A stretch of DNA of 63,736 nt, counting the filler, from Lama guanicoe (Eukaryota), in NCBI GenBank assembly GCA_013239625.1. It is 73 parts of 73 records of this genome, joined end to end, with 100 filler letters (N's around TTAATTAATTAA, not from the genome) between each part and the next. Parts side by side here need not be neighbours in the genome. Positions count along the whole stretch, not along the records: positions 1 to 763 come from PNXV01011631.1; positions 864 to 1,670 come from PNXV01011632.1; positions 1,771 to 2,274 come from PNXV01011633.1; positions 2,375 to 2,863 come from MU055057.1; positions 2,964 to 3,821 come from PNXV01011636.1; positions 3,922 to 4,499 come from PNXV01011637.1; positions 4,600 to 5,146 come from PNXV01011638.1; positions 5,247 to 5,744 come from PNXV01011639.1; 65 more parts are not named here. One strand, written 5' to 3'. The stretch's first letter is position 1, and every line of letters begins with the position of its first letter. The notes under the pieces are model-generated. The model was not told the DNA's origin and made no database searches. It saw only the letters and a program-made list of their open reading frames with translations. The translations under genes and the position numbers were made by a program. This document shows positions 1-12,780 of the stretch, piece by piece.

Positions 1-949
1 AAAAAAAGAAACTTCAAAATTGAACTTATTTTTGATACTTAAGTTGGGGGCTACACGGCTTCAAACTTACTCTAAATGAAACCAGTACTTTATGCTCCCA
101 ATTGACGGGATTCTACTAACAATGCTTTTAAATTGTTTGAAATACTTAGTCTTACTGGGTTTTAGAAGTCTTGAAGCCTAATTCCCATTTTACCTTACTT
201 TTCTGCAGGTAGGCTGTTATAGAAATGGTGGGTGGTGATTTTAACTTTCACAGAATTCATCACCCGGTGTTAAAACACACTGCATTTACGCCTTATCTGT
301 TCCTGCAGTTTGTTGGGGTAGAGCACAAACATTACTGCCAGACCTCCCTCTAATTATTTAAATCTATGGACCAGCTTCATAGCTTTACCTTCTCTTATGT
401 TTCCCTCCTTTTCTTTGCACGTCAGCCTTCTTCCTCCTGTCAGGTATTTCTGGGATGGAGTTTTCTATGTTTCATTTTCCTTTCTTCTCCCACATAAGGA
501 ATAGAACTATAATTATATCTTGACTTTTACTGTTTGTGTTTTTTGACAACTGTTTTGTTCCTTTTACATTCCTTACTTTTCCCAAATATGTTCATCTGTT
601 AAATAATTTCCAGAAGTGTGATTTTGTTTGTGTTAATCATGCACTTTTCAACTTTTGCAGTAACAAAATAGATTTACCACTAAAATTCAACTGTATATTG
701 TATTTACATTTTAGTACCCAATGGCTTTGTGCATTATTAAACTCACAGAATAGTCTTCTAGTTNNNNNNNNNNNNNNNNNNNNNNNNNNNNNNNNNNNNN
801 NNNNNNNTTAATTAATTAANNNNNNNNNNNNNNNNNNNNNNNNNNNNNNNNNNNNNNNNNNNNCCATTCTCACAAGAAAGTTCCCCACACATTTTCTAAG
901 AAATGTCATGCTTTGTACCTCAGAAAGGACACAGGGCAAAACATAAGCC

Positions 950-1055
950 AGGTTACATTTATTTCCTTAAGTCTCAGTTTCCTCATCTTAGAAATAGTGT
1001 CAATGAATAAGAATATCATGAGAGTGCCTTCTAGGTTCACAGTTCAGTGACTCAG
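950..1055 (+). mobile_element. MIR SINE remnant
   Basis: AAGTCTCAGTTTCCTCATCTTAGAAATAG resembles the MIR core. Confidence 0.55.
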
Positions 1056-2439
1056 AGGTTAACTTTGGCTATTTTTTGATTTGGAGTCCCTCGTTCTTTC
1101 TTTTAAACAAAGTACACCTCTTTGCAAAAAAAATTATCCATATCGTCCTCTAATTTGAGGTCCTATTTGGGCCCAGGGCATCATGTCTTTCAAATATGTT
1201 CTGGACTAGAGCATAACTTGTATGGGAGGTACCATCTAGGCCTTTACACTGAGAAGAACACACCCGGAAGTAAGCACCTGTCACCAGAGATGATGCTTCT
1301 GAATGGCCTCTGACTCCCAGAACAAAAAAATCCAACTCCATATGCGATCTGTCCCTTTGGTTCTAACCCTGGGCTCTGTCTCCTGGGCTGAGTCCTGCTG
1401 GTTCTGCACCTTTTGTAAAAGAATGTTGTCTACAGCCTAAAATATACAGGAGAGCCCGTTCTCAAGGCTCTGACCTTTAAGGGTACAACACTTTCCCATT
1501 CATATAAAGATAGAACGTTGCAGAACAGAGAACATTTGTCCTGTTGGAATATCATGATAGGAATATCATGGTGTGACTTACCTGGACAGCTGCAAGAACA
1601 AAAGATTTTGACACCAAGACATTTGCAACAACCAAACACACCCGCTTCCCTTCTTAATATAAAAGGAGACNNNNNNNNNNNNNNNNNNNNNNNNNNNNNN
1701 NNNNNNNNNNNNNNTTAATTAATTAANNNNNNNNNNNNNNNNNNNNNNNNNNNNNNNNNNNNNNNNNNNNTCAACATTACAGGAACGTTTCTAGAACATT
1801 TTCTTCTGTCTTCAATGCCCATCTATGATGGACTTCACTGAATAAACGTAAGATTCCCTGGGGGATGGGTAACAGCTGTGGAGGCCACTAGGGTCAGAAG
1901 ACGAGGAAGCACTTTCAAGTAATTAAATAATTAAGTCATTAGTTACAGATGATTATAACAGTGACTCATCCTCAATTCTTTAACTGAAAACACTTACAAA
2001 ACTAGACCAATATGAAAAAAAAAACCACAAACACACCCCAGATTCATGAAGAATGAATGAATCAGAGCCGAGCAATTAAAGGCCAATGGAGGCTGAGGTG
2101 AGCATGAGGGGAGGATGCTGTTTCTCTACTATGTCGTGTTCTAGGGGCCAAGGGAGTCATCAGATGCCCATAATCGGGCATTGTGGATGCAGATCTAAGA
2201 GGCATCCCTCACAACAACACCAGCGCCTACAGTAAAGTGTCAGCCTGTCAGGGTATCCCGTGTGGAATTTTGCCNNNNNNNNNNNNNNNNNNNNNNNNNN
2301 NNNNNNNNNNNNNNNNNNTTAATTAATTAANNNNNNNNNNNNNNNNNNNNNNNNNNNNNNNNNNNNNNNNNNNNAATAAAGTCATAATACTAGACAAGAA
2401 AATTTAGGATGGAAGAAAATAATAAAAAAAAATTCAGAC

Positions 2440-2863
2440 TGCCAATTATTATATAAATTTTTACAATATGTAACATATGGTGCTGGAGTAAGAAAGGCAG
2501 ATTGACAGAAAGGAACCATGAGCTCAAAAAGAGACTCTAGTGTACATAAGTATTTTGTACAGGTGGGATTTCAAATCAAAGAGAAAAGTATGACTTCAAT
2601 AATTNNNNNNNNNNNNNNNNNNNNNNNNNNNNNNNNNNNNNNNNNNNNNNNNNNNNNNNNNNNNNNNNNNNNNNNNNNNNNNTAAATATTAAAAAGTACT
2701 AATAACAGCAAATACAACACTTTGCTCTTATTAACTCAACTTACCCTTACATTAAAAGTACTATTATCATCTCCATGTTAGAGATTATAAAAAACCTACA
2801 GAAGAAATTTATTGCATTATAAGAAAGTATTTCTAAGAATAATGTCAAAGATAAAACCCATAA
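2440..2863 (+). mobile_element. Ancient L1 ORF2-region remnant
   Basis: A-rich sequence with degenerate L1-like motifs (TATGGTGCTGG...AGGCAGATTGACAG, ATTTCAAATCA). Confidence 0.4.
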
Positions 2864-5246
2864 NNNNNNNNNNNNNNNNNNNNNNNNNNNNNNNNNNNNN
2901 NNNNNNNTTAATTAATTAANNNNNNNNNNNNNNNNNNNNNNNNNNNNNNNNNNNNNNNNNNNNGCTAATTTTCTGTCCTATTACATTTTTCTTTCTCAAA
3001 TTGTATGCTTTTTTTTTGATATTAGAAACAATTTCTCTAGCTCATCTTTTTTGAATTTGATTTTTTTGCAGTGTTAATTATGTTCTTTCTGTGTTACAAA
3101 TTTCATTGTTTTTATTTGCCCATGAATTCTAGCTTATGTCATTCTTCTCCTTTTCCATTTCATTCTGCTTTATATCTTGTTTTTTCCTATTGGTGTTTTT
3201 CTTTCCATTTTATAGATGGCAGATGTTCTTGGATGGTAAGAAAGTTTACTTATTCACACAGAAATATTGTTTTCTCAGTTATGTGTCTCCACATTCAAGA
3301 CAATAGTTATTTTCTCATTATTTTCTCTGTTTTTGCATCACTTAGTCACAAATTATTGTTGTTGTTTTTGTTTTTTTCAACATCACTTAAAGAAGTGAAA
3401 GCAACTCCAGTTCAGGGCTTTATAATTATCAGCTCTGTGACTGCTCCTGCTGCGCTCTCTCCCCATGCAGGTGGCCGCTGGATGCATTGCTCAGTCCCTC
3501 ACCTGGACCAAAAGCTAAGTCCCCAGCTTCGCCAATGGTTCTTGTTAGACTTCCGTGGAGACTCTGCACTGCTGCGGTCAGTTTTGATCCTTTCACCAAA
3601 TGATCTTACTTTCACACTGTGAACCTACAGAGGGTGTGGAAGATGAAGTTTGGAGACTGTGCTCCTGTATCCTCACAAAAAGCCTTTTAGGGAGCTGGCC
3701 GTTTCCCAATAGCTGGAACAAGACTGGAAGGCACTGAGTAGAGATAGGGCTCTGATCTATTTACAGGCAACATGTAAGTATAGACTTTGGGCTGCCAATT
3801 TAGGTGTCTAAATTTAGAAAANNNNNNNNNNNNNNNNNNNNNNNNNNNNNNNNNNNNNNNNNNNNTTAATTAATTAANNNNNNNNNNNNNNNNNNNNNNN
3901 NNNNNNNNNNNNNNNNNNNNNACTTGGAGGATCTGGGATATTTGAGTGACCTGCAAGTGTCAGGAAATAGCACACGTGGGCTTTGTAGATTTTCTGGTCT
4001 GGTGTTAACTTACCCCATTGTAGCTGTCGTGCAAGGAAACAAAACTTGGTGGACAACAGGTCATGGCCTCTGCTCCCTGGTGGAGCCAGGAGATTACAAT
4101 GATAAGTACGACTGCGGGGGCATCATTTCTATGTTGAGAGGCCAGACGGCCTTCCATAGTTCTCATGATGGATGTCTAAGTTGCAGAGGGAAACTGGATT
4201 TCATCCAGCTCTCCAGCCAAGGAGGAGACCAGAAGTGGCCTCCCCCACCAAAAACTGTGAGCGCCTCCACTGACAGCAGCATCTATAGCAAAAAGCTGGG
4301 CTGCCACCTGCGTTTCCGTGTAAACATCCGAGTAGCCACAGCAATGGCCTCGTGAGGGTTGGTGTGCCCAAGGAAGCGCTGTGTGGGACGGAGGAAAGAG
4401 TGCCGGGGTCAGACACCGGGCAGGCAGGCAGGCAGTGATGACATCTGTGTCACGCAGGCACCATGGATCTGAGCCAAAGGAAGTCGGGTTTTGGAGCAGN
4501 NNNNNNNNNNNNNNNNNNNNNNNNNNNNNNNNNNNNNNNNNNNTTAATTAATTAANNNNNNNNNNNNNNNNNNNNNNNNNNNNNNNNNNNNNNNNNNNNG
4601 TGGACAGGAGATATTGGATTGAAGGTGATGCGCTGAGTGTTAGAAGAGGTCACAGCAGATGCTTGGCTGACTGAACTCAAAGAAACCAGTGCAAAATATC
4701 CCCACAATTGATTCTGAGACCAAGATCCGAGCTGCCAAATTTGACGTAGCAGAGGCAGCGGTCAGGGAAGGATAGGACTACGGATGATGGCACACGCTGA
4801 GTCTCAGGGATCTGGAGTGCGTTGTGGGATGTGGTGGGTCCTATCAAGAGAGTAAACCGACCTGTGACCCCAATGAGAAAGCCACCACACCGGCACGTGC
4901 GGTTGAGATTATCGATATGTCCCATGGACACACCCAGTGCATCTGCAGGACCAGGGACCAATTGGGCATTTGGCCAATAGAGCACGTGTGGGGCTGAATC
5001 AGAGATACCAGGTCAGAGTGATCTAGGTGGAGGTGGCATTGGGTTTGAAATCAGAATGAAAAGCCTTCGGATCTGCTACATTCCAATCCTGGGCTTCGAT
5101 TATGGTTTGGTTTGAGGCACAGGATACGCAACAGCTCTGTGGTTGCNNNNNNNNNNNNNNNNNNNNNNNNNNNNNNNNNNNNNNNNNNNNTTAATTAATT
5201 AANNNNNNNNNNNNNNNNNNNNNNNNNNNNNNNNNNNNNNNNNNNN

Positions 5247-5744
5247 TGGGCTCACTGAATTCATTCCTTTTACAAGCACCTAGCTATCTAGGGCAGGAAT
5301 CCTGTCCTTTCTTACTCGGAGTCCTCTCAGAGGGCACCACTGTGAGTGGCTGAGAGGCTGGACTGCAGGCATGTCCTCGCTGGGGGGTGGCAGCAGATGC
5401 TGATGACTTGGCTACAGCATTCTTTGTTTACTGACATGGTTGCAGTACTTTCATTCACACAGTAGTATTTTCATTCACAGTGCTCCCCCTTGGTCCTAAA
5501 TTCGACCAACATTTTTAGAGACATTTCATGACCAATTTTGTAGGTGCTAGGATGGCTCATTTCTAGTTCAGGTGAAGAATCTTCTGAGCTGCCATTCAAG
5601 GCGTTAGGTGTTTTATCAGGCCCTGTTGATACTAAAATTTCTCTGGATCACCTGTATTATTAGTCTAGTATGATCCAGGAAATGTTCAAACTTCATTGCT
5701 CATTCCCATAACTATAATCACACTATTACAAATTTTTTATGCAG
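5247..5744 (-). mobile_element. ERV1-like fragment: internal 3' end, polypurine tract and start of 3' LTR
   Basis: The minus strand reads ...CCAAGGGGGAGCAC|TGTGAATGAAAA..., a purine tract followed by the TG start of an LTR at about 5479. Confidence 0.55.
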
Positions 5745-6338
5745 NNNNNNNNNNNNNNNNNNNNNNNNNNNNNNNNNNNNNNNNNNNNTTAATTAATTAA
5801 NNNNNNNNNNNNNNNNNNNNNNNNNNNNNNNNNNNNNNNNNNNNCATGCCCTGAACCAAACTCTGAGACCATCTCATCGCCATACACTTGTCATCTTATT
5901 ACCTCTGGAACCAGCCGCTGTGGTCCAAGAAATGGTCTTGGTTTTAAGGTGCGTCTCACCCGGCCTGCCAGGAGCAGTGTCATCACCTCCCTCAGTTTCT
6001 CAGTTGTTCAAGATAAAACTTATTCTCATAAGTACCAGTAATTATATCTTACTGACAGGAAACTCCTGACCTTGTAGCTGTTCCTTGAAATTATATGTAT
6101 CAAGATCACACATAAATTAAGGCATGGGGATAGTGAGACTAATGGCAATTTTGCAAAATGACGTATTTGAAATTTTGACTATTTTCCAGTTTGCATTCCT
6201 CTGTGCATCAAATCAAAAGATCATTTGAATTGCTGCTGAACACTAAATATGAATTTTCTACCTTTGAATTTACTTGTGACAAATTCTTTTCTCCTCTTTC
6301 TGATGCTTATTTCAGGCACAAAATACCAAAAATATTGT

Positions 6339-6490
6339 GAAAAAGAATATGAAAATCAATATATGTATGTTCATGTAAAAAAGAATATTCAATATATGTA
6401 TGTTCATGTATGAGTGAAACATTATGCTGTACACCAGAAATTAAGACAACATTATAAATGAACTGTACACCAATACAAATATTTATAGAA
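6339..6490 (+). mobile_element. 5'-truncated L1 3' tail (camelid type) with 13-bp TSD
   Basis: GAAACATTATGCTGTACACCAGAAATTAAGACAACATT L1 tail. AAAATACCAAAAA occurs at 6320-6332 and 6491-6503. Confidence 0.85.
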
Positions 6491-6857
6491 AAAATACCAA
6501 AAAACTGGGATGTTAACTGGCTTATATAGTTTTAAGTGATGCTGGATAAAGCCTCTGCATAAAAGCTATAAAATGTCTTGCAGATTTGACGGACATTACG
6601 CAGTTGATACATAAAATCTGTTCGATTGAATCTCATCGTGCTATCCTCCTGTACAAGTGACTTGACCCTTTGCTGTATTTCATCTCTAAAATATTTAATG
6701 TTTCAATCTGTTATGANNNNNNNNNNNNNNNNNNNNNNNNNNNNNNNNNNNNNNNNNNNNTTAATTAATTAANNNNNNNNNNNNNNNNNNNNNNNNNNNN
6801 NNNNNNNNNNNNNNNNCTTTATACTAGTTCCTTATTAGTTAGTGTTATTAATAGTTC

Positions 6858-7867
6858 TGTGTATACAAAAGCAACAGATTTCTGTCTATTAATCTTTTAT
6901 CCTGCAATTTCATTGAATTCATTTATTAGCTCTAATAGTTTTCTGCTGGAGACTTCATGGTTTGCTAGGTATAATACCATGTTATCTGAAAATAGTGACA
7001 GTTTTCCTTCTTCCCTTCCAACTGGGAGGCCTTTTATTTCTTTTTCTTTTCTATTTGCTGTAGCTAGGACATCCAATATTATGCTAAATAGAAATGGTGA
7101 GAGTGGGCATACTTGTCTTGTTTCAGTTTTTCACCATTATGCTTGATGTTAGCTGTGGGTTCTTCATAAATGGATTTATTATGTTGTGGTATGTTCTCTT
7201 TATCTCAATTTTGTTCAGAGTTTTTATCATACATAGGTGTTAAATTTTTTTCAGATGCTTTTTCTGCATCTGGTGAGATGATTATGTGATTTTTACTCCT
7301 TCAGTTTGTTAATATGGTGTGTAACACTGATTAACTTGTAGATGTTGAATCATCCTTGCATCCCTGCTCTAAATCATGTCGGATCATGGTGAATGGCCTT
7401 TTTTATGTTGTGTTGAATTCTATTTGCTAGTTTGTATGGGTATCAGGCTAATGGTGGCCTTGAAGAATGAATTTGGGAATGTTCCCTCCTCTTAAAATTT
7501 TTTGAATAGTTTGAGAGGATACATGTTAACTCTTCTTTATATGTTTGTATTGTAGAATNNNNNNNNNNNNNNNNNNNNNNNNNNNNNNNNNNNNNNNNNN
7601 NNNNNNNNNNNNNNNNNNNNNNNNNNNNNNNNNNNNNNNNNNNNNNNNNNNNNNNNNNNNNNNNNNNNNNNNNNNNNNNNNNNNNNNNNNNNNNNNNNNN
7701 NNNNNNNNNNNNNNNNNNNNNNNNNNNNNNNNNNNNNNNACTGACCATACTTTTATAATTTCTTTTTAATCTCTGTGGTATTGGCTGCCATTTCTCCTCT
7801 TTCATTTCTTATTTTCTTTATTTGGGTCCTTGCTCTTTTGTTCTTAATGAACATGGCTAGGCTAATG
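6858..7867 (-). mobile_element. L1 ORF2 (RT region) fragment, degenerate
   Basis: Typical antisense L1 text (GCAACAGATTTCTGT...AATAGTGACAGTTTTCCTTCTTCC...GGTGAGAGTGGGCATACTTGTCTTG). Confidence 0.92.
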
Positions 7868-7967
7868 NNNNNNNNNNNNNNNNNNNNNNNNNNNNNNNNN
7901 NNNNNNNNNNNTTAATTAATTAANNNNNNNNNNNNNNNNNNNNNNNNNNNNNNNNNNNNNNNNNNNN

Positions 7968-8626
7968 CATATTCTATATTCTGTGTTCTACATTCTACAT
8001 TCTGTATTCTATATTAAGCATTCCTTATTCTATATTCTACATTCTTTGACCTACATTCTATATTCTAATTTGTATACTCAGTATTCAGTATTCTATATTC
8101 TATATTCTGTGTTTTACATTCTATATTCTACATTCTATAATCAGTATCCTGTATTCTATTGTCTTAATTTTGTGTTCTACATTCAATTTTAAATTCTGTG
8201 TTCTATATTCTCTATTCTATATACTAAATTTTGTGCTATACATTCTATATTCTACATTCTATATTCTGCATTCCGTATTCAATATTCTGTCTTCTGTGTT
8301 CTACATTCTATAGTCTAAATTCTATATTCAGTATTTTGTATTCTATATTCTAAATTCTGTGTTCTGCATTCCAAGTTGTAAATTCTGGTTTCTATATTCT
8401 GTATTCTATATTCTGTGTTCTACATTCTATATTCTAAATTCTATATTCAGTATTTTGTATTCTATATTCTAAATTCTGTGTTCTGCATTCCATGTTCTAA
8501 ATTCTGGGTTCTATATTGTACTGGTTTCTACATTCTATATTCTATATGCTATATCCAGTATTCTGTATTCTATATTTTAATTTCTGTGTTCTTCATTCCA
8601 AGTTCTAAATCTTTATTCAGTATTCT
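7968..8626. repeat. AT-rich 7-bp-unit satellite (TATATTC/TAAATTC/TGTGTTC variants)
   Basis: TTC recurs with 7-bp spacing throughout the fragment. Confidence 0.95.
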
Positions 8627-9425
8627 NNNNNNNNNNNNNNNNNNNNNNNNNNNNNNNNNNNNNNNNNNNNTTAATTAATTAANNNNNNNNNNNNNNNNNN
8701 NNNNNNNNNNNNNNNNNNNNNNNNNNTAGTTGGCTGTTGAGTGAAAGGATGAAAGAGTCACGTTCAGCACGTTCTTTTTTCCCACATCTGAGGTCTTCTG
8801 GTGGCAAAACGGACATTAACAGCCCGGAAATCTTCAGAATTACCTGGTGGACACTGGCTCTTGTCCAGCTGCTTCGTCACACTCATTCTGTTTTTCTGGT
8901 AAGAAATTCAGAGACAGCAGGTCACAATAAACAAATCATACCTCACACACGCCAACTCACTGAACACAGGTACCACAAGGACGTTAATATTCTCAGACAA
9001 CAACAGAATATGAACGGTATTTCAGGACACTGAAGTCTTAGGAGAATTAGACAGGACTGCTTCCAAATGCTTGGGGGAAATTCTCTGGCTCATCTGGTTG
9101 AGCTTTCTCCCAATACCCTATCAGCCGAGTCTGCAGATTTCATACTTTATTTTCCCTCAAATCAGCTGAGTTTCCATCTAGAATTCTTCCCACAATATTG
9201 GTTCATCCCATCAGATAATGTGTTTGTTGATATTACGGAGGCATTTCTGCCTGAGAGAGGATGAATTCTACTGACCTTCAAATTAAAGAGAAAATTTGGG
9301 GCTACACAGAAACAATGGGCATTCANNNNNNNNNNNNNNNNNNNNNNNNNNNNNNNNNNNNNNNNNNNNTTAATTAATTAANNNNNNNNNNNNNNNNNNN
9401 NNNNNNNNNNNNNNNNNNNNNNNNN

Positions 9426-10256
9426 TTGTTTGCAGGAAATCCCAGTGACAGAGGCTGCCTCCCAAAGGTCAGGGTATGTATTTCTCAGAATTCCCGCTAA
9501 CAGGGAAGACCTGTGACTGAAGAGAGCTGCGTGGAGTTGTCTCTCGAGCTCCCCACGCACTGACAATGGTTCCGGAATCCTGAGCATGGGGAGGTTCCAC
9601 CAAATGTCGGCAGCGCGTTGGGTTTAACGGAATGCCTAAGCCTCTCTCCCCTGGGTTTTTTCCTAATGTCTCTGTGCCAGGGAATGCTAGATTGCAGGCA
9701 ATCCCAGTGACTTAGGCTGCCTCCGCAAGCTCTTGGAAGCTGTTTCTCAGAATTCCCCCCAGCAGGGAACACCTGTGACTCAAGAGAGCTGCGTGGAGTT
9801 GTCTCCCCAGCTCCCCACGCACTGACAATGGTTCCTGGATCCTTAGCGTGGGGAGGTTCCACCAACGGTCGGCAGCGAGTGGGTTCTAACGGAATGCCTA
9901 AGCTCAACTCCCCTTGGTTTTTTCCTAATATCTCTGTGCCAGTGATGCTAGGGGGGTTTGCAGGAAATCCCAGTGACAGAGGCTGCCTCCCCAAGGTCAG
10001 GGAAGGTATTTCTCAGAATTCCCCCTAAGAGGGAACACCTGTGACTGAAGAGAGCTGCGTGGAGTTGTCTCCCCAGCTCCCCACGCACTGACAATGGTTC
10101 CTGGATCCTTAGCGTGGGGAGGTTCCACCAACGGGCGGCAGCGCGTGTGTTCTAACGGAATGCCTAAGCTCAACTCCCCTTGGTTTTTTCCTAATATCTC
10201 TGTGCCAGTGATGCTAGGGGGGTTTGCAGGAAATCCCAGTGACAGAGGCTGCCTCC
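9426..10256. repeat. 267-bp GC/CpG-rich satellite, about 3 monomers (subfamily A)
   Basis: ACCTGTGACT at 9509, 9771 and 10037. Confidence 0.95.
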
Positions 10257-11128
10257 NNNNNNNNNNNNNNNNNNNNNNNNNNNNNNNNNNNNNNNNNNNN
10301 TTAATTAATTAANNNNNNNNNNNNNNNNNNNNNNNNNNNNNNNNNNNNNNNNNNNNAGCCATGCCTCCAACAGATTTTTTAGTTCCTTCGCAGGAAACCA
10401 CCACATCTGGATGAGAACTCACTGTGACAACTTCAGTAGCCTGTCACCCTGGCAGGCGGCATCTTTTCTCCACCTCAGTCCCCCGAAGCAGCTGCGTGGT
10501 CGCCCATGCTCGGATCAGCAGCAGGTGAGCCAGGGGCGAGCCGGTGTAGCTTGACTCGGAGAGGTGGGAAGCGGGCCCTTCGTTGCTTCTGGGGCCCCAA
10601 CCCTTCCGGTGCTCCTGGGCCTGCTGCCTGCTTCCCTGATGATGCAGGGGACTGTGGTTTCCTCTTCCACCTTGAGCTGGCTTTCATCTGAGCCCCCGTG
10701 TGTCTCAGAGTTCCTCCGCGGTCATCCCCACTGGTCAGGTGACACTTAGTCCCAAAGGCTCCCAACACAGCACATGGCTGATGGCCTGCGTAGTTGGAAT
10801 TGGGGACCTGAGTGGGCGGCAGTCAAGCCCGGGTGAAGGTTTCTGCGAGGTCGTCAGGTGGGTCAGGCCGAGGGCAGGCCCGTGGAGTCTACATCTTGTC
10901 TCTTCTGCAGTCTGTGATCTGTCTTCTGATTCTCTCTGGTTTGTTACCAATTCACAATCACTCAAACAGGTCTGTCATGTTTTCAACGACAGACGTCATA
11001 GGTGGTCATTCCAGAAAATGAGCCAGCGCAGACAAATTCCATTTGTTTCCAACATCCTCAGACAACTAGTGTTTGTGCACACTTCTTCCCAGTGTGCTTA
11101 GTTTTAAAGTAAGAATTTAAATTATGAA

Positions 11129-11254
11129 GGGGGAGGATATATCTCAGTGGCAGAGTGCGTGCTATGCATGCACGAGGCCCTGGGTTCAAATCCCCTGGAC
11201 TTCTGTTAAGTAAATAAATAACCAGCCTAATTACCTCCCCCGGGAACCTCCAAC
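11129..11254 (+). mobile_element. tRNA-derived SINE (camelid vic-1-like)
   Basis: GGGGGAGGATATATCTCAGTGGCAGAG (A box) ... GGGTTCAAATCCC (B box), AAAT tail and CCTAATTACCTCCCC. Flanked by a 15-bp TSD with one mismatch. Confidence 0.9.
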
Positions 11255-11300
11255 AATTTCAATTATGAAAGACTTCACACATTCAAAAATGTTGTATGAC

Positions 11301-11348
11301 GACTTCCGGGCAAGATGGCGGAGTAGAAGGACGCTTGTAAGCCACCCT
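11301..11348 (+). mobile_element. Probable 5' terminus of an L1 (5' UTR start with YY1 site)
   Basis: GACTTCCGGGCAAGATGGCGGAGTAG has the CAAGATGGC YY1 motif about 10 nt from the start, and the contig ends inside the element. Confidence 0.7.
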
Positions 11349-11589
11349 NNNNNNNNNNNNNNNNNNNNNNNNNNNNNNNNNNNNNNNNNNNNTTAATTAA
11401 TTAANNNNNNNNNNNNNNNNNNNNNNNNNNNNNNNNNNNNNNNNNNNNAGGTATACAGAAGAAATGGAAGTAAAGGATAGAGCTCATTTTGTGCTTGGGA
11501 GGATTGTGTTTTTGAAAACACAAGAAACAATCCCTAGGGTCTCTGCGGAGAGTATAGTGAAAAAATGTTTATAGCTAATGCATGTGGAA

Positions 11590-11775
11590 TACCTAGCATG
11601 TCCTCAACACTAGGCTAAGTTCTTAACACTTAACATTACAATAATCCTAGGAAGTAGGTGCTAAAATGATTTTCCCATTTCGCCAGTAGGAATGACTGGA
11701 TACTTCGTACCTTGTGCAAGATCACTTGATATCTGACAGAGCTGGGATTAGAAGCAAGGCAGCTTGGCTCTGTAT
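11590..11775 (-). mobile_element. MIR remnant
   Basis: CTTGTGCAAGATCAC...GACAGAGCTGGGATTAGAAGCAAGGCAG resembles the reverse complement of MIR. Confidence 0.65.
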
Positions 11776-12049
11776 TTTTTAGACTTGTGTTTTTTAAAAC
11801 GACTAAAATTCCAGTACTTCGTGGGCGTACTACCATGATATGAATTTTCCCCTCAAGGCAAAGGTGGATTTTGAAATTCAAGGTTGTTTAATGGGTGCAC
11901 AATACAAGTTTAGGGGATTAAAAGGAGAAATGAACATGCTTTTAGCCTGTGGGTGAGATATTACCTCTAACTTACTTCATCTGGTGTTATTACTGTAGTC
12001 CCACCAGGGTGATTTGAGTGTAAACTCCCTTCAGGCTGAAGGGTACATT

Positions 12050-12180
12050 TCTCCATTTATCAATTCAAAATAGTATTAAATGTCTGCCTACCATATGCCA
12101 GACACATTGTAGCGGGTACAAGAATTCAGTGAAAACGAAAGAAAGATAGAAGCTCTTCTAGAAAAATGACTTTCTAGCAT
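12050..12180 (-). mobile_element. L2 3' end remnant
   Basis: TGCCTACCATATGCCAGACACATTGTAG...CAGTGAAAACGAAAG. Confidence 0.55.
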
Positions 12181-12429
12181 GTGACTAGGAGCTAAAGAGT
12201 TGTGAACGGTGGTTAATTGATTGGTTAGCAGCNNNNNNNNNNNNNNNNNNNNNNNNNNNNNNNNNNNNNNNNNNNNTTAATTAATTAANNNNNNNNNNNN
12301 NNNNNNNNNNNNNNNNNNNNNNNNNNNNNNNNTACTAATGCTTGGAAAAATACATATAAATATAATATATAATATTTACATATACGTATTATATTATGGG
12401 TATATATAATATTGTGTGTGTGTGCGTAT

Positions 12430-12780
12430 GCTCTCTAATCCAGCAATTTCACTTCTAGGAATAAATTCTAAGGAAATAATCAAATAAGTATAAAAAATGT
12501 ATATATGCCCCAAACATTTAACATAGTATTGTTTATACTACATTGGAAACAAATGTACATAAATAGGGGACTGGTTAAATAAATTCCAATACTTTTTGAA
12601 TTAATGAAAAAACTTTTTGAATTAATGAAAAACTATATAGCTACTAAGAATAACACTTATTGAAAGGAAAGATAGCCATACTATTAATAATATTAACAAG
12701 TTAACAATATTAAAGTGACTAAAAATCAGGCTATTAAACAACCTGTAGAGCAGGATCCCTTTTATGTTAAAATATAGATA
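12430..12780 (+). mobile_element. Ancient L1 3' region (L1M-type) containing a 21-bp tandem duplication
   Basis: ATCCAGCAATTTCACTTCTAGGAATAAATTCTAAGGAAATAATC. ACTTTTTGAATTAATGAAAAA occurs at 12591 and 12612. Confidence 0.75.

Noticed and set aside
3071..4985. ORFs of 183, 143 and 102 aa
   Set aside because: They have no recognisable domains, two begin at non-ATG starts in low-complexity sequence, and ORFs of this size are expected by chance.
10357..11101. GC-rich stretch with overlapping ORFs (QKQRRA is reminiscent of FAM90A)
   Set aside because: The match is only a few residues and the motif order is wrong. No frame is recognisable, and a BLASTX search would be needed.
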